Shown: positions 1-8,690 of the stretch, in pieces
Numbering within the stretch: position 1 is the first letter of the stretch
How the letters are laid out: every line of letters starts with the position of its first letter
DNA from: an uncultured virus (IMG/VR IMGVR_UViG_3300042987_001178)
Lineage: Duplodnaviria; Heunggongvirae; Uroviricota; Caudoviricetes
IMG/VR virus record: IMGVR_UViG_3300042987_001178
DNA: 20,000 nucleotides
Direction: 5' to 3' (one strand)
Notes under the pieces: generated by a model
What the model was told of the DNA's origin: nothing
Databases searched by the model: none
The model's input: the letters and a program-made list of their open reading frames with translations, nothing else
Position numbers and translations under genes: made by a program

Positions 1-439
1 AATTTTGTGTTGGTGTTGTAGCAGGAGATAAAAACTCTTTTGCTTTATCAGTTACTAATTGAGATAAACTTGTTCCTTGAGTTCCTAATCCAACATAGTC
101 TCCACCAAATACTCCATACTGTGCTCCACCATATCCAGTAGGCATAAAAGATCCTAAACCAGCTTGACCAGCTCCACCGAATTGAAGATAGGGTGCCATT
201 GTTAAAGCAAGGCTAAGAGGATTTATTTTTCCTGTTCTTGCAGAACCTGCGATAGCAGCAATAGGTCCATATACTGGTCCTAAAAAAGGAGCGGCTATTT
301 TTAAAACTGGATCTAATTCTTTTGGTATAACAGCTTTAGCTACACTTTTAAGAAAGCTTCCTAAACCGTATTTTTCTCTACCTTGTGGTGTACTAATTCC
401 GTATAATTGTCTATTCATTTGTGACCGTGCTATTGCCAT
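1..439 (-). CDS. Probable internal virion/ejection (pilot-like) protein, 5' part; runs off the window edge
   Basis: Not in the ORF track. Manual translation from ATG at 437-439 is open to position 2: MAIARSQMNRQLYGISTPQGREKYGLGSFLKSVAKAVIPKELDPVLKIAAPFLGPVYGPIAAIAGSARTG... It is Gly/Ala-rich with hydrophobic/amphipathic segments and lies downstream of the tail genes. Function is inferred from composition and position. Confidence 0.6.
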   Translation of the reverse strand, partial: MAIARSQMNRQLYGISTPQGREKYGLGSFLKSVAKAVIPKELDPVLKIAAPFLGPVYGPIAAIAGSARTGKINPLSLALTMAPYLQFGGAGQAGLGSFMPTGYGGAQYGVFGGDYVGLGTQGTSLSQLVTDKAKEFLSPATTPTQN

Positions 440-483
440 ATTTGTTAATAGTTAAGGCAGGCTTAAAAACCTGAAAAATGAAT

Positions 484-512
484 AAATTACTATTCTTTTG
501 GCTTATCGTCAA
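484..512 (-). promoter_or_regulatory. Sigma70-like promoter upstream of the ejection-protein-like gene
   Basis: Minus strand TTGACG (507-512), 17 nt spacer, TAATTT (484-489). The -35 box lies inside the last codons of the upstream glycosyltransferase. Confidence 0.5.
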
Positions 513-1233
513 TAGGTTTTGGTTTAGAAAACATAGTGCTTAAACTACCATGAAACGCATGAGAACCAAAATGTGTTAGTGGTGTTTGTGTATCTGCATA
601 TATTTTACCACCTATATTTGTCCATAATCTACAAAAGGCAATGTCTTCTCCAAGATAACCATTTTCTGGATCTTGAGCAGTTTCAAAAAAAGTATACCAA
701 CCCTTCTCCATTGTTTCTACTTTATTACCTACTAATTGTTTATTGACTGTTTTTCTTTCAGGATATTCTTTTGCAAGTTTTTCAAACACTTCTCTTTTAA
801 TCATCATGAATCCAGTAGGTCCTGCAGTGATTTCTGCAAATCCTTCTTTATCGACTCTAATATTATCTTTATCTGGAAAATGAACTATGAATTGTAATTG
901 ATTATCTTTACCATATCCTTTCACTGGATAAGGTGTTAAACATAATGGCACATCTTTATCTATTAATCTATAAACAGCTTCTGGTTCAAATCCAATATCA
1001 GCATCTATAAAAATCATATGTGTACAATCTGAATTTAGAAAATAAGCAACACAATTATTTCTAGCTTGTGTTACTAATGCCATACCTGATTGCATATGAA
1101 CAGCAGAAGATACTGCTATAGATTTATGAGGTGTTGATACAAACTTTAATAAACTGTTTGCATAGTTAGTTGTAACTTGATGACCAAAAGCGGGTGTAGC
1201 TATAAATAGTTTAACGTGTTTTTTGTCTGACAT
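490..1233 (-). CDS. GT-A fold (GT2-like) glycosyltransferase
   Basis: N-terminal LFIATP strand, ARN motif, DxD motif (FIDADIGF), GFMMIKREVF, GEDIAFC acceptor/base motif and a late His (LTHFG). Confidence 0.75.
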   Translation of the reverse strand: MSDKKHVKLFIATPAFGHQVTTNYANSLLKFVSTPHKSIAVSSAVHMQSGMALVTQARNNCVAYFLNSDCTHMIFIDADIGFEPEAVYRLIDKDVPLCLTPYPVKGYGKDNQLQFIVHFPDKDNIRVDKEGFAEITAGPTGFMMIKREVFEKLAKEYPERKTVNKQLVGNKVETMEKGWYTFFETAQDPENGYLGEDIAFCRLWTNIGGKIYADTQTPLTHFGSHAFHGSLSTMFSKPKPIDDKPKE

Positions 1234-2140
1234 AATTTAAAAAATTTCTCCATTCTTGTATTCTTGTTTGCCAAGAATAATATTTGTTATAGTATTTCAC
1301 TTGCATCTCTAAGTCTTCTTTATACATATCTTGTTTATAATTGTCTAGTACAGAGTTTAAAGTTTCTGCATATCTCTCAATTAAATTACTAGCACTAGAA
1401 TCAAATTCTATTATAGTAGCAAATTCACCACATGTTTCTGGTAAAGCACCATAATTCGTTGTTACTACATGACAACCTGCTGACATAGCTTCTATTACAG
1501 CAAGACATGAAGTTTCTTCAAAGATAGATGGATAAGCATAGATGTGGGTATCTTCTAAAGATTTTCTTATTTCACCATTAAAAGTATAACCTTTAAAATT
1601 AACATTTTTAGTATTTCTACATAATTCAAATAGAGGTTCAAATTTATCTTTTTCTAATTCTTCAAATTTAGATCCATAAATTTTAGTAGATGAATGTATA
1701 TCTACTATAAAATCATTTCTTGTTTTATTTAATATTTCAACTGCTTTAATTAATATAGCAAGTCCTCTCCAGGGAGTAGATGTATATAATATTTTAATCT
1801 TATCAGTTTTTTGTTTTTCAATTGGATCAAATGCATGAGTAGCATTTTTAATAACAAATGATTTATATTCTGGAATTTGAAATTGTTCTCTAAACTTATT
1901 GTATTGCCAGTTACTTACATAGATAAAATAATCAATAGAATCCACATATTTACGATCTCGCATGTATTGAACATTAGGCTGATCATAACTTAAATGTTGC
2001 CATACTATATTTGTTTTATCTTTTTCAACTAATGATGGATGACATATAGAACCAATTAAATTAACGCCTTCTAATGATTCTTTAGGTAATTGAGCAAGTA
2101 ATTGTTCTTTTAAAATTTCTGTTCCGCCTCTAGGATTCAT
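1211..2140 (-). CDS. GT-B fold (GT4/Glycos_transf_1-like) glycosyltransferase
   Basis: GGTE near the N-terminus; YTSTPWRGL; YPSIFEETSCLAVIEAMSAGCHVVTTNYGALPET carries the E-x7-E signature. Start placed at ATG 2140 (the track start at 2146 is TTG). Confidence 0.85.
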   Translation of the reverse strand: MNPRGGTEILKEQLLAQLPKESLEGVNLIGSICHPSLVEKDKTNIVWQHLSYDQPNVQYMRDRKYVDSIDYFIYVSNWQYNKFREQFQIPEYKSFVIKNATHAFDPIEKQKTDKIKILYTSTPWRGLAILIKAVEILNKTRNDFIVDIHSSTKIYGSKFEELEKDKFEPLFELCRNTKNVNFKGYTFNGEIRKSLEDTHIYAYPSIFEETSCLAVIEAMSAGCHVVTTNYGALPETCGEFATIIEFDSSASNLIERYAETLNSVLDNYKQDMYKEDLEMQVKYYNKYYSWQTRIQEWRNFLNYVRQKTR

Positions 2141-2726
2141 ATGCAAATATTATTTTCCTTCCTCCCTTTTTAATTTCTTTAAAACCATTCCATATCAGAT
2201 GTTCACCTATCTTGTCAATGTTATGAGTATCTATATCATCAAATACATATACACATTGCTTAGGTTTTCTATCTAAAAAGAAATTTACCTCTTTCATAAC
2301 AGATTCTGTATCATGAGGTCCATCAAAGTGAACCATTTCATATTGTGTTAATAATTTTTTTTCATGATCATAAACAGGATATCCATCTGCAAATCTTTCA
2401 AAAAATTCACTATCTTCTAAATTAATAAAATTAAACTCTGGATAATCTTTAATGATTGCAAGTAAAGCATCTTGTTTCATTTTATTATTATAATTTAATC
2501 TTCCACCAGCATCACTATCAGATGATCTATAAAGAATATTGCCGTAAGGATCTATACCTAAATGATTTAGCTTTATACCAGAATGATATTTTCTATAAGC
2601 GTCTATAATACATTTAGTTCCCATACCAAGGCGAATGCCTATTTCAACACTTACACCAATTGGATTTTTTAATAATTTTACAGCTTCATCAAAGAATTCA
2701 TATTCTTTGCTATCTCCACTGATCAT
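2130..2726 (-). CDS. Class I SAM-dependent methyltransferase (Methyltransf_24-like)
   Basis: Motif I VEIGIRLGMGT, GIDPY, VHFDGPH and VFDD motifs. Confidence 0.7.
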   Translation of the reverse strand: MISGDSKEYEFFDEAVKLLKNPIGVSVEIGIRLGMGTKCIIDAYRKYHSGIKLNHLGIDPYGNILYRSSDSDAGGRLNYNNKMKQDALLAIIKDYPEFNFINLEDSEFFERFADGYPVYDHEKKLLTQYEMVHFDGPHDTESVMKEVNFFLDRKPKQCVYVFDDIDTHNIDKIGEHLIWNGFKEIKKGGRKIIFAYES

Positions 2727-2896
2727 GATTTACTAAACATTGGAATAGTCGGAACTATAATTTTAACATCACGTTTAATATCTTCAGGTTTAGCATTAAC
2801 ATCTGCTTTAACCTCTTCTTCATTTTTATAGACGTGTCCTGTCTTTATATTCTTAATTGTGATTTCTGAATCACAAATTATTTTTATTTCTTTCAT
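2723..2896 (-). CDS. Hypothetical protein, 57 aa (MKEIKIICDSEITIKNIKTGHVYKNEEEVKADVNAKPEDIKRDVKIIVPTIPMFSKS)
   Basis: Below the ORF-track cutoff. Fills the gap exactly, with a TAATG overlap upstream and an ATGA overlap downstream. Confidence 0.8.
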   Translation of the reverse strand: MKEIKIICDSEITIKNIKTGHVYKNEEEVKADVNAKPEDIKRDVKIIVPTIPMFSKS

Positions 2897-3231
2897 TATG
2901 TCGTTAATGATCCTCGGTTCACTTCTAATATAGACACAACTCCTGTTACAGCTGTGCTAGCAGCAGAAATTAATAAAGCATCTCCTTCTTCTAAAATAAT
3001 AGGTCCTTTTGCAACATTTTCTGTAGAATTAGAACCTAAACTAATATGAGCTATTTCTGTAGTAGTTGTTGCAGAAGAATCATAAATAAAAACTTCTACT
3101 GTATGACTACCTGATTGATTAGTTAATTGAATAGTTTGAATAACTGCTCTTGCCGTAGCGTTACAAGTATAGACAGTCGTATTAGCTGTTGTTGTCGGAA
3201 TATAGGTTGCGTTTTTATATACGTTAGACAT
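2896..3231 (-). CDS. Small beta-rich virion protein (putative tail-associated)
   Basis: 111 aa, Thr/Val-rich, with an IILEEGDAL motif; AAGGA just upstream; lies in the structural block after the nozzle-like gene. Confidence 0.6.
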   Translation of the reverse strand: MSNVYKNATYIPTTTANTTVYTCNATARAVIQTIQLTNQSGSHTVEVFIYDSSATTTTEIAHISLGSNSTENVAKGPIILEEGDALLISAASTAVTGVVSILEVNRGSLTT

Positions 3232-3237
3232 TATCCT

Positions 3238-3411
3238 TTATACTCTAATAAAATACCAAGCTTCAGCTTCATTAGCATCTTGTACATCTTGTGTAAAGGT
3301 ATTATTTAACTGAAGAACCATCTGTTCTAGTGTTCTAATAATCTGGTCCATTTGTTGTTGATTATATTGTGGAGTAGCGTTTGCTAATCTGGGTTGATCT
3401 AGTTTAGCCAT
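3238..3411 (-). CDS. Hypothetical helical protein, 57 aa (MAKLDQPRLANATPQYNQQQMDQIIRTLEQMVLQLNNTFTQDVQDANEAEAWYFIRV)
   Basis: Not in the ORF track. TAATG overlap with the stop of the 617-aa gene; amphipathic helix pattern; fills the gap. Confidence 0.8.
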   Translation of the reverse strand: MAKLDQPRLANATPQYNQQQMDQIIRTLEQMVLQLNNTFTQDVQDANEAEAWYFIRV

Positions 3412-5264
3412 TATCTCTTACCATCCAATTGTCCATCTACACGAAGTGTTCCAAATCTCCATGTACTATCTACATCTGAACTTATAATCTTAACTGCTGC
3501 TTGTCTACCACGAGCTCTAAAATCTACTTTAGTTGTTGTAGAATAAACCACCGTGCTTGATGCAACTGTTTGAACTGATCCAGGATATTGTCTTACTAGG
3601 AATTGTACATTAAGTGGTCCACTTTGATTTTTAAAATCAGGTATGTATCGTTTCATAAATAGATTATCATCTCCATCTACAATATCTATATCTCCTGAAG
3701 TAATATAAGCTGTAATCGGACTCGTATCATCATTAGTTCCTTTTTCTTGATCATATAAAGTAGATACACCACTTGTTAATCCAATAACGGTTGGTTGTGC
3801 AAGCGTTGTAGAATTTGGCATATATTTAGTAGCTAATGGATTTGCAAATACGTCTTTAGAAGCCCATGTAGTTCTAGCTAAAGTTCCAATGGTCCATACT
3901 CTTTCAAGATAATTATAAGTTACTACTTTATCTATTAATGTTGAATCACCTGAAGCATAGAACCAATTCACTTCTGAAAACTCAAGATTAACTCCTGCAT
4001 AAATTGTAGAGTGTTCATCTGGATTAACATCCTGGAATACATAATCTTGTACTGAACATGGTATTTCTTTAACAACCCCGTCAAACAGATAGAATGCACC
4101 ATCTGACATCCAATAAACAACGTTCTCCGCTTCTACCGCTGAATGTATTCCTAAAGCTCCACAGTTTGTACCAATTTGTTTAAATGAAAATGTATAAGGA
4201 GGTCCTACGAACTGCATAGAATGAGCAGACGTATTTGTTAATATTAATATATCTCCTCTTGTCGGAACTGCAGTTACAATCTGGTTACCAGAAGATAATC
4301 TTTGAAATCCTGCTGTATTCGTTGCATTAGGTGTAAAGTCAGTTAATGATTCTTGCGATCCAAATAACACAGACATTGGATCATAAGTTGTAGTTGTTCC
4401 AGGTGTTGTTTGTGTACCAAAGAAAATAACATGTCTATCTCTTGGTGATACCGTCATATAATTAGCTTGTGTTGGAGCATTGGATAATAATGTAGCTCTA
4501 GTATTTCTTGCTGGTAAAAATGCTGATGTATCAAAGTAATAAGTTTTACCACCAACAATTGTTGCTAACACATCTTCACCAAAGTTATCTATTTTCCATA
4601 TTCTTGGATTTGCTGTAATAACTCCTGATGGTCTTGGTGTATTCCAAGTAGAAAATCCCCATGCACCGGCTCCCCATCCATTACCAATAGTTGTAATATC
4701 TGCACCTATATTTATTTGAAATGCTGCACCCGATGCTGATCCTGATGTTGTAACCACACCTGGTGTTGCAATAGATCCAACATCAATTGTGAATGTATTT
4801 GCTGTTTTAATTTCTTGAATCTCAAATTCTTGAGCCATATTAGTATTAGTAATATTTACAACACTAACTCCTGTAACTCCTGAAAATGTAACAAAGTCTC
4901 CTGCTATCGCTCCATTAGAAGTTGCTGTAACATCCACGATCGTCGTTCCGGAAGTAAAGGAAAACACAGCGGGGATCGTTGTTGATAAAGGTGTAATGTC
5001 GTAAAAGTTATTATCGTAATATAGATATAATTTTCTATCAGTTCCAATGGCAGCTAATGAATCTCCTGCTAAATCTGTATAAGTGTGAATGTCTCTTGCA
5101 ACACCTATTAAGTTATTACCAACTGCTGGTTCCCATCCACCTATTTTTTCAGGAACACCATACCTAAAACGCACCATATCACAATCAACCCAACCGCCTT
5201 CTGCGCCGTATTGAGTGTTTTGTTTATCTATTCCTGGTCTAAATTGTAACTTACTTATTGGCAT
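3411..5264 (-). CDS. Tail nozzle / packaged-DNA stabilisation-like protein (P22 gp10 / T7 gp12-like role), predicted beta-propeller with an inserted beta domain
   Basis: 617 aa, beta-strand-rich, with propeller-type segments (VYWMSDGAFYLFDG, VVTYNYLERVW) and a C-terminal RARGRQ..K..S...WR motif. Position after the tail-fibre module fits. The family call is from recall, not a search. Confidence 0.6.
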   Translation of the reverse strand: MPISKLQFRPGIDKQNTQYGAEGGWVDCDMVRFRYGVPEKIGGWEPAVGNNLIGVARDIHTYTDLAGDSLAAIGTDRKLYLYYDNNFYDITPLSTTIPAVFSFTSGTTIVDVTATSNGAIAGDFVTFSGVTGVSVVNITNTNMAQEFEIQEIKTANTFTIDVGSIATPGVVTTSGSASGAAFQINIGADITTIGNGWGAGAWGFSTWNTPRPSGVITANPRIWKIDNFGEDVLATIVGGKTYYFDTSAFLPARNTRATLLSNAPTQANYMTVSPRDRHVIFFGTQTTPGTTTTYDPMSVLFGSQESLTDFTPNATNTAGFQRLSSGNQIVTAVPTRGDILILTNTSAHSMQFVGPPYTFSFKQIGTNCGALGIHSAVEAENVVYWMSDGAFYLFDGVVKEIPCSVQDYVFQDVNPDEHSTIYAGVNLEFSEVNWFYASGDSTLIDKVVTYNYLERVWTIGTLARTTWASKDVFANPLATKYMPNSTTLAQPTVIGLTSGVSTLYDQEKGTNDDTSPITAYITSGDIDIVDGDDNLFMKRYIPDFKNQSGPLNVQFLVRQYPGSVQTVASSTVVYSTTTKVDFRARGRQAAVKIISSDVDSTWRFGTLRVDGQLDGKR

Positions 5265-5272
5265 AAGACATC

Positions 5273-5301
5273 CTTATACCACCAAATATGTTGATTTACA
5301 C
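5273..5301 (-). promoter_or_regulatory. Possible extended -10 promoter and RBS for the nozzle-like gene
   Basis: GTGTAA, 17 nt spacer ending in TGG, then TATAAG, then 8 nt to ATG. AAGGA overlaps the -10 and could serve as SD. Confidence 0.3.
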
Positions 5302-5952
5302 TACTTTAGTGAATGGTGGTAATCCTAATAGAGGTCTTTTATCATATAAATTGGATTGTGCAAACTGTCCATTTACATGGTTATAATGCAAGAAAACTTG
5401 CGCACAAATATTACCAGTAAACTCTTCTCTCCAATGTTCTAATTCACAACCAGAATAAACTAACATATCACCTGGTTCTAAATCTACTTTAATGCCTTTT
5501 GGAGCATTAGGTTTCATTATGTTTTTATATTCATCTATTACGTTATTACTTCCTGTTGGATCAATAAATATTGGCCAAGCATCTCCACCAAGGTTTAATG
5601 TTGTAGATATCTCACAAGATGGTCTGTCTTTATGTCTTTTTAAAATAGAACCTTTCTCATAAACGCGCGCGTACGAGTATGTAGGAATTAAATCTAAATT
5701 AGTTTGTTGTTTCATTATAGGCATAACCTTCATTAATAATGTTTCCATAACAAAATCAGCATAATGGGAATATACATTTGGAACTTGTTGATCCTTCCAA
5801 GTACCTAACATCCCGTTCTCCGCTACTATATTATTTGAATATAGATAATTAACTGCCTCTCTTTTAAGTAGGAAATAGTTAAATATAAAATTAGCAAGTT
5901 CATATGGAATTGCTTTTTTAATTACTTGGTATTTATTCTGTTGAAAACTCAT
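5296..5952 (-). CDS. 2OG-Fe(II) oxygenase superfamily protein
   Basis: YSYARVY, HxD (LKRHKDRPSCEIS), distal His (EHWRE), QVFLHY. Start placed at ATG 5952, which forms an ATGA overlap with the upstream stop. Confidence 0.8.
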   Translation of the reverse strand: MSFQQNKYQVIKKAIPYELANFIFNYFLLKREAVNYLYSNNIVAENGMLGTWKDQQVPNVYSHYADFVMETLLMKVMPIMKQQTNLDLIPTYSYARVYEKGSILKRHKDRPSCEISTTLNLGGDAWPIFIDPTGSNNVIDEYKNIMKPNAPKGIKVDLEPGDMLVYSGCELEHWREEFTGNICAQVFLHYNHVNGQFAQSNLYDKRPLLGLPPFTKVV

Positions 5953-6542
5953 GTGATCATACAACGTTGCATGAAATTAAAACTCACTGAAATTCTAATA
6001 TCATTAGATTGATTTGGATCTACACAGTGATTCAGCCAGCTTGGAAACATAATTAATCTTCCTGCAACTGGTTCAAAATGAACTTCTCTCCATAAATAAG
6101 ATTCTAATGGTCCCTCTTTTCTTCTTGGCATAGACATTAAAGCTACTGACTTTGGATCTTCTACTTTTAAATGTCCACAATTTTGTGGAGTCTTAACATA
6201 ATAAACTCCAGACCATAATGAATTAGGATGCATGTGCGGTCTATTATATCCACCTGGTGGATTAATGTTTGCCCACATATTACCCAAAAATGGTTCTGAA
6301 TCTAAATTTTGATCTTTGTAAATATGAAACTGTGCTTGGAATAATAAATCTACGAGTTCTTTATATTCTGGTTTTGTATGCATATCATCTGTTGAATGCC
6401 AACCGTTCATGTTGGTTCTTGTCAAACCTCTATCTTGATTAGACCAATTAATAATGTTCTGTTCTAGACGTGCATTAAATTCTTGTGATCCAACATCTTT
6501 AACATAGATTGGTGTTGCAAAATATAATTCTCTATTCATCAT
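5949..6542 (-). CDS. 2OG-Fe(II) oxygenase, TIGR02466 / 2OG-FeII_Oxy_5-like
   Basis: WANINPPGGYNRPHMHPNSLWSGVYYV (HxH), FPSWLNHCV, RISVSFN. Confidence 0.85.
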   Translation of the reverse strand: MMNRELYFATPIYVKDVGSQEFNARLEQNIINWSNQDRGLTRTNMNGWHSTDDMHTKPEYKELVDLLFQAQFHIYKDQNLDSEPFLGNMWANINPPGGYNRPHMHPNSLWSGVYYVKTPQNCGHLKVEDPKSVALMSMPRRKEGPLESYLWREVHFEPVAGRLIMFPSWLNHCVDPNQSNDIRISVSFNFMQRCMIT

Positions 6543-7117
6543 TTAAATGGAGTTCCTCCAACCCAAAGTACTAAAGACTTTCTATTTCCTTTTGTAATTG
6601 GAACTACTCTATGTCTAATAAATGATGCAAAGAATATAGCTTGTCCTTGTTTAGGTCTTGCAATCTTTCCATCTGACATTAATTCTAATCCACCACCTTC
6701 AAATTCTGATTCATGTGATAATAAACAAGTCATAGATATTTTTCTAACCGGGGGTTCATTTGCACAATTAACATCTGAATCTATATGCCAATCATAAAAT
6801 CCACCTTCTGGGTACTCTGTATACTGTGCCGGTTCCGAAATTTGTAATCCTTCAAATCCAAAATGATTTCTATTAGTTTGATGTATTACTCTTTCTAATG
6901 TTGCATACATTTCTGGCATTTTGCTAAATGGAATCCAGCTAATGTGAGATGTTCTAGTTTTAGTATCTACAGTTCCTTTTGCACCGCCACCTACTTCTCC
7001 CATTTGAACTGGTTCAGATCTTCCTGCGTTTATAATTAATTGACACTGTTCTGGTGTAAATAGTGGAGTTGTTGTTTCAACTATTAAACTTTTCCATTTT
7101 GGTTCCGTGTGGATCAT
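6539..7117 (-). CDS. PKHD/prolyl-4-hydroxylase-like 2OG-Fe(II) oxygenase (2OG-FeII_Oxy_3-like)
   Basis: QYTEY..GGFYDWHID (HxD), RKISM, FEGGGL, HRVVP, RKSLVLW (2OG-binding Arg). Confidence 0.85.
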   Translation of the reverse strand: MIHTEPKWKSLIVETTTPLFTPEQCQLIINAGRSEPVQMGEVGGGAKGTVDTKTRTSHISWIPFSKMPEMYATLERVIHQTNRNHFGFEGLQISEPAQYTEYPEGGFYDWHIDSDVNCANEPPVRKISMTCLLSHESEFEGGGLELMSDGKIARPKQGQAIFFASFIRHRVVPITKGNRKSLVLWVGGTPFK

Positions 7118-7764
7118 TGTGCTCCTCTGTTAATTATTGGGTTATATAATACATCGCAGTTAGCTGCTAATGTTCTTCTTGTTTCTTGCGTGCCGTTGAA
7201 TGGATAGACACAGTGTCTCATATCATATGGAAATATATAAAAGTCTCTTAATTTCATTGGTGGTTCATAATCTACTTTTGCAAACTGTCCATTAGAAGCT
7301 CCTAGTATCTGTAATTTACCATTTTGTGGGGATTCTGATGCAGAATATTCTACACCATAAGTAGAAGGAAGTTTTAAAATCATTACTGAAGACAGTCCAG
7401 TGAAGATATTTCCGCTATGTATGTGAACGGGGTTAAATTCGTGAGCACGCATTTCGTTCACCCAAATTGAATTTAAGTGAGTTTGATAATTTCTAATATG
7501 ATTAAATTCTAAATAATGATGAAACATAGACATAAACCAATCAAGAACATTTTTAGGCAACATATTATGGCGTCGCATTTTTGACTCATCTTCCCCGTCA
7601 TAAAATAGAGAATGTTCGTCTTTAATCTTACCTACAAGTTGTTTATTAGCTGGTTCTAATTGATTAAATTTTTGTTCATATGTTTGATTAACTGCATGAA
7701 ATATATCTAATGGTGTTTCATAACGTAAAATAGATTGTCCTAAAAATGTGAAGTTAAAGTTCAT
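7114..7764 (-). CDS. 2OG-Fe(II) oxygenase, TIGR02466-like (HxH type)
   Basis: WVNEMRAHEFNPVHIHSG, LSSVMIL, FPYDMRHCVYPF, RRTLAAN. Confidence 0.75.
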   Translation of the reverse strand: MNFNFTFLGQSILRYETPLDIFHAVNQTYEQKFNQLEPANKQLVGKIKDEHSLFYDGEDESKMRRHNMLPKNVLDWFMSMFHHYLEFNHIRNYQTHLNSIWVNEMRAHEFNPVHIHSGNIFTGLSSVMILKLPSTYGVEYSASESPQNGKLQILGASNGQFAKVDYEPPMKLRDFYIFPYDMRHCVYPFNGTQETRRTLAANCDVLYNPIINRGAQ

Positions 7765-8108
7765 AGTCCCATCTCTTTTCTAATTTTAGTAGCCGATATT
7801 TCTTGTATTTCTTTTGGTAATACAATCTCTTCTATTTTGTAACCAACATCTCTACCATAACATATATTGGTAATGTTAGGTACTTTTACAACATCAAATT
7901 GATCTGCGTAATCTTTAAGCTTTTCTTCAATTCTTTTCTTTATATCTTCAAATTCAAATGGATTATTATTTGTTTGTGGCATTGTTCTAACCATTATACA
8001 AACTTGACCAGTCTTCTTTAATATCTCTTTAAATAAAGCTAAATGTCCATCATGGAATGGTTGCCATCTTCCAAGCATTTGTGCTGTTGGTTTAGAGTAA
8101 TCTATCAT
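7761..8108 (-). CDS. Minimal HxGH nucleotidyltransferase (cytidylyltransferase-like fold)
   Basis: GRWQPFHDGH (HxGH), NPF, and C-terminal ISATKIR (SxT/KMSKS-equivalent). Confidence 0.8.
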   Translation of the reverse strand: MIDYSKPTAQMLGRWQPFHDGHLALFKEILKKTGQVCIMVRTMPQTNNNPFEFEDIKKRIEEKLKDYADQFDVVKVPNITNICYGRDVGYKIEEIVLPKEIQEISATKIRKEMGL

Positions 8109-8481
8109 GTATCTCCTTTATTATGTTATCATAATTAAAATCAGTTATTTCAAAATCTACTTTTTTAGGTTTTTCAAATACTTTATTAGTATCTTCAAAT
8201 CTTCCTTTATTAATTGTATTCATCCAAATCTTCATATCATAGAAAGATCTATAAGATTCAAATGGACAAACAAAGTCTACAACGACGTGGTTGACTGCAA
8301 GATCACACATCGTCATCATTCTATTTGCTTGTCGTCTTCTACCTAAATCTGTAAAATCCCAATCTTCAAATAGCTTTCTAATATCATCTGCATTAAAGTG
8401 AGGTATCTTTTTATTTTCAACTAATTTTTTAGCAAAGGTAGTTTTGCCAGATCCTGGTAATCCAAATATTAATATCTTCAT
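8092..8481 (-). CDS. cysC: Adenylylsulfate (APS) kinase-like P-loop kinase, short form
   Basis: Walker A GLPGSGKT; NADDIR; DWDFTDLGRRRQ resembling the CysC D-x-x-F-x-x-x-x-R motif; VVDFVCP; FEKP. Only 129 aa, shorter than cellular CysC. Confidence 0.65.
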   Translation of the reverse strand: MKILIFGLPGSGKTTFAKKLVENKKIPHFNADDIRKLFEDWDFTDLGRRRQANRMMTMCDLAVNHVVVDFVCPFESYRSFYDMKIWMNTINKGRFEDTNKVFEKPKKVDFEITDFNYDNIIKEIHDRLL

Positions 8482-8690
8482 CTTATTTCTGCTTTCCCTT
8501 CTATCATTGTTAATTTACCAATACAACAAATATTCCATTTTTGTATTCCACCTTCAAAAGTGCATTCATCAAATACAGGAACTTTTATATTTAAATGTCT
8601 CGCTAAAGTTTCTTTACCATTCTCAAAAATTCTCCAAACTAAATCACTCTCACCATGTTTAGTGTTGTATCTAATATGATACTTGTTCAT
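8478..8690 (-). CDS. Hypothetical protein, 70 aa
   Basis: ATGA overlap downstream and a 4-nt start/stop overlap upstream; beta-rich sequence; same strand as its neighbours. Confidence 0.7.
   Translation of the reverse strand: MNKYHIRYNTKHGESDLVWRIFENGKETLARHLNIKVPVFDECTFEGGIQKWNICCIGKLTMIEGKAEIR

Noticed and set aside
8092..8108. Frameshifted pseudogene of a kinase-nucleotidyltransferase fusion
   Set aside because: The second ORF has its own GGAG SD and ATG, and both keep their catalytic motifs, so a natural two-gene arrangement is simpler.
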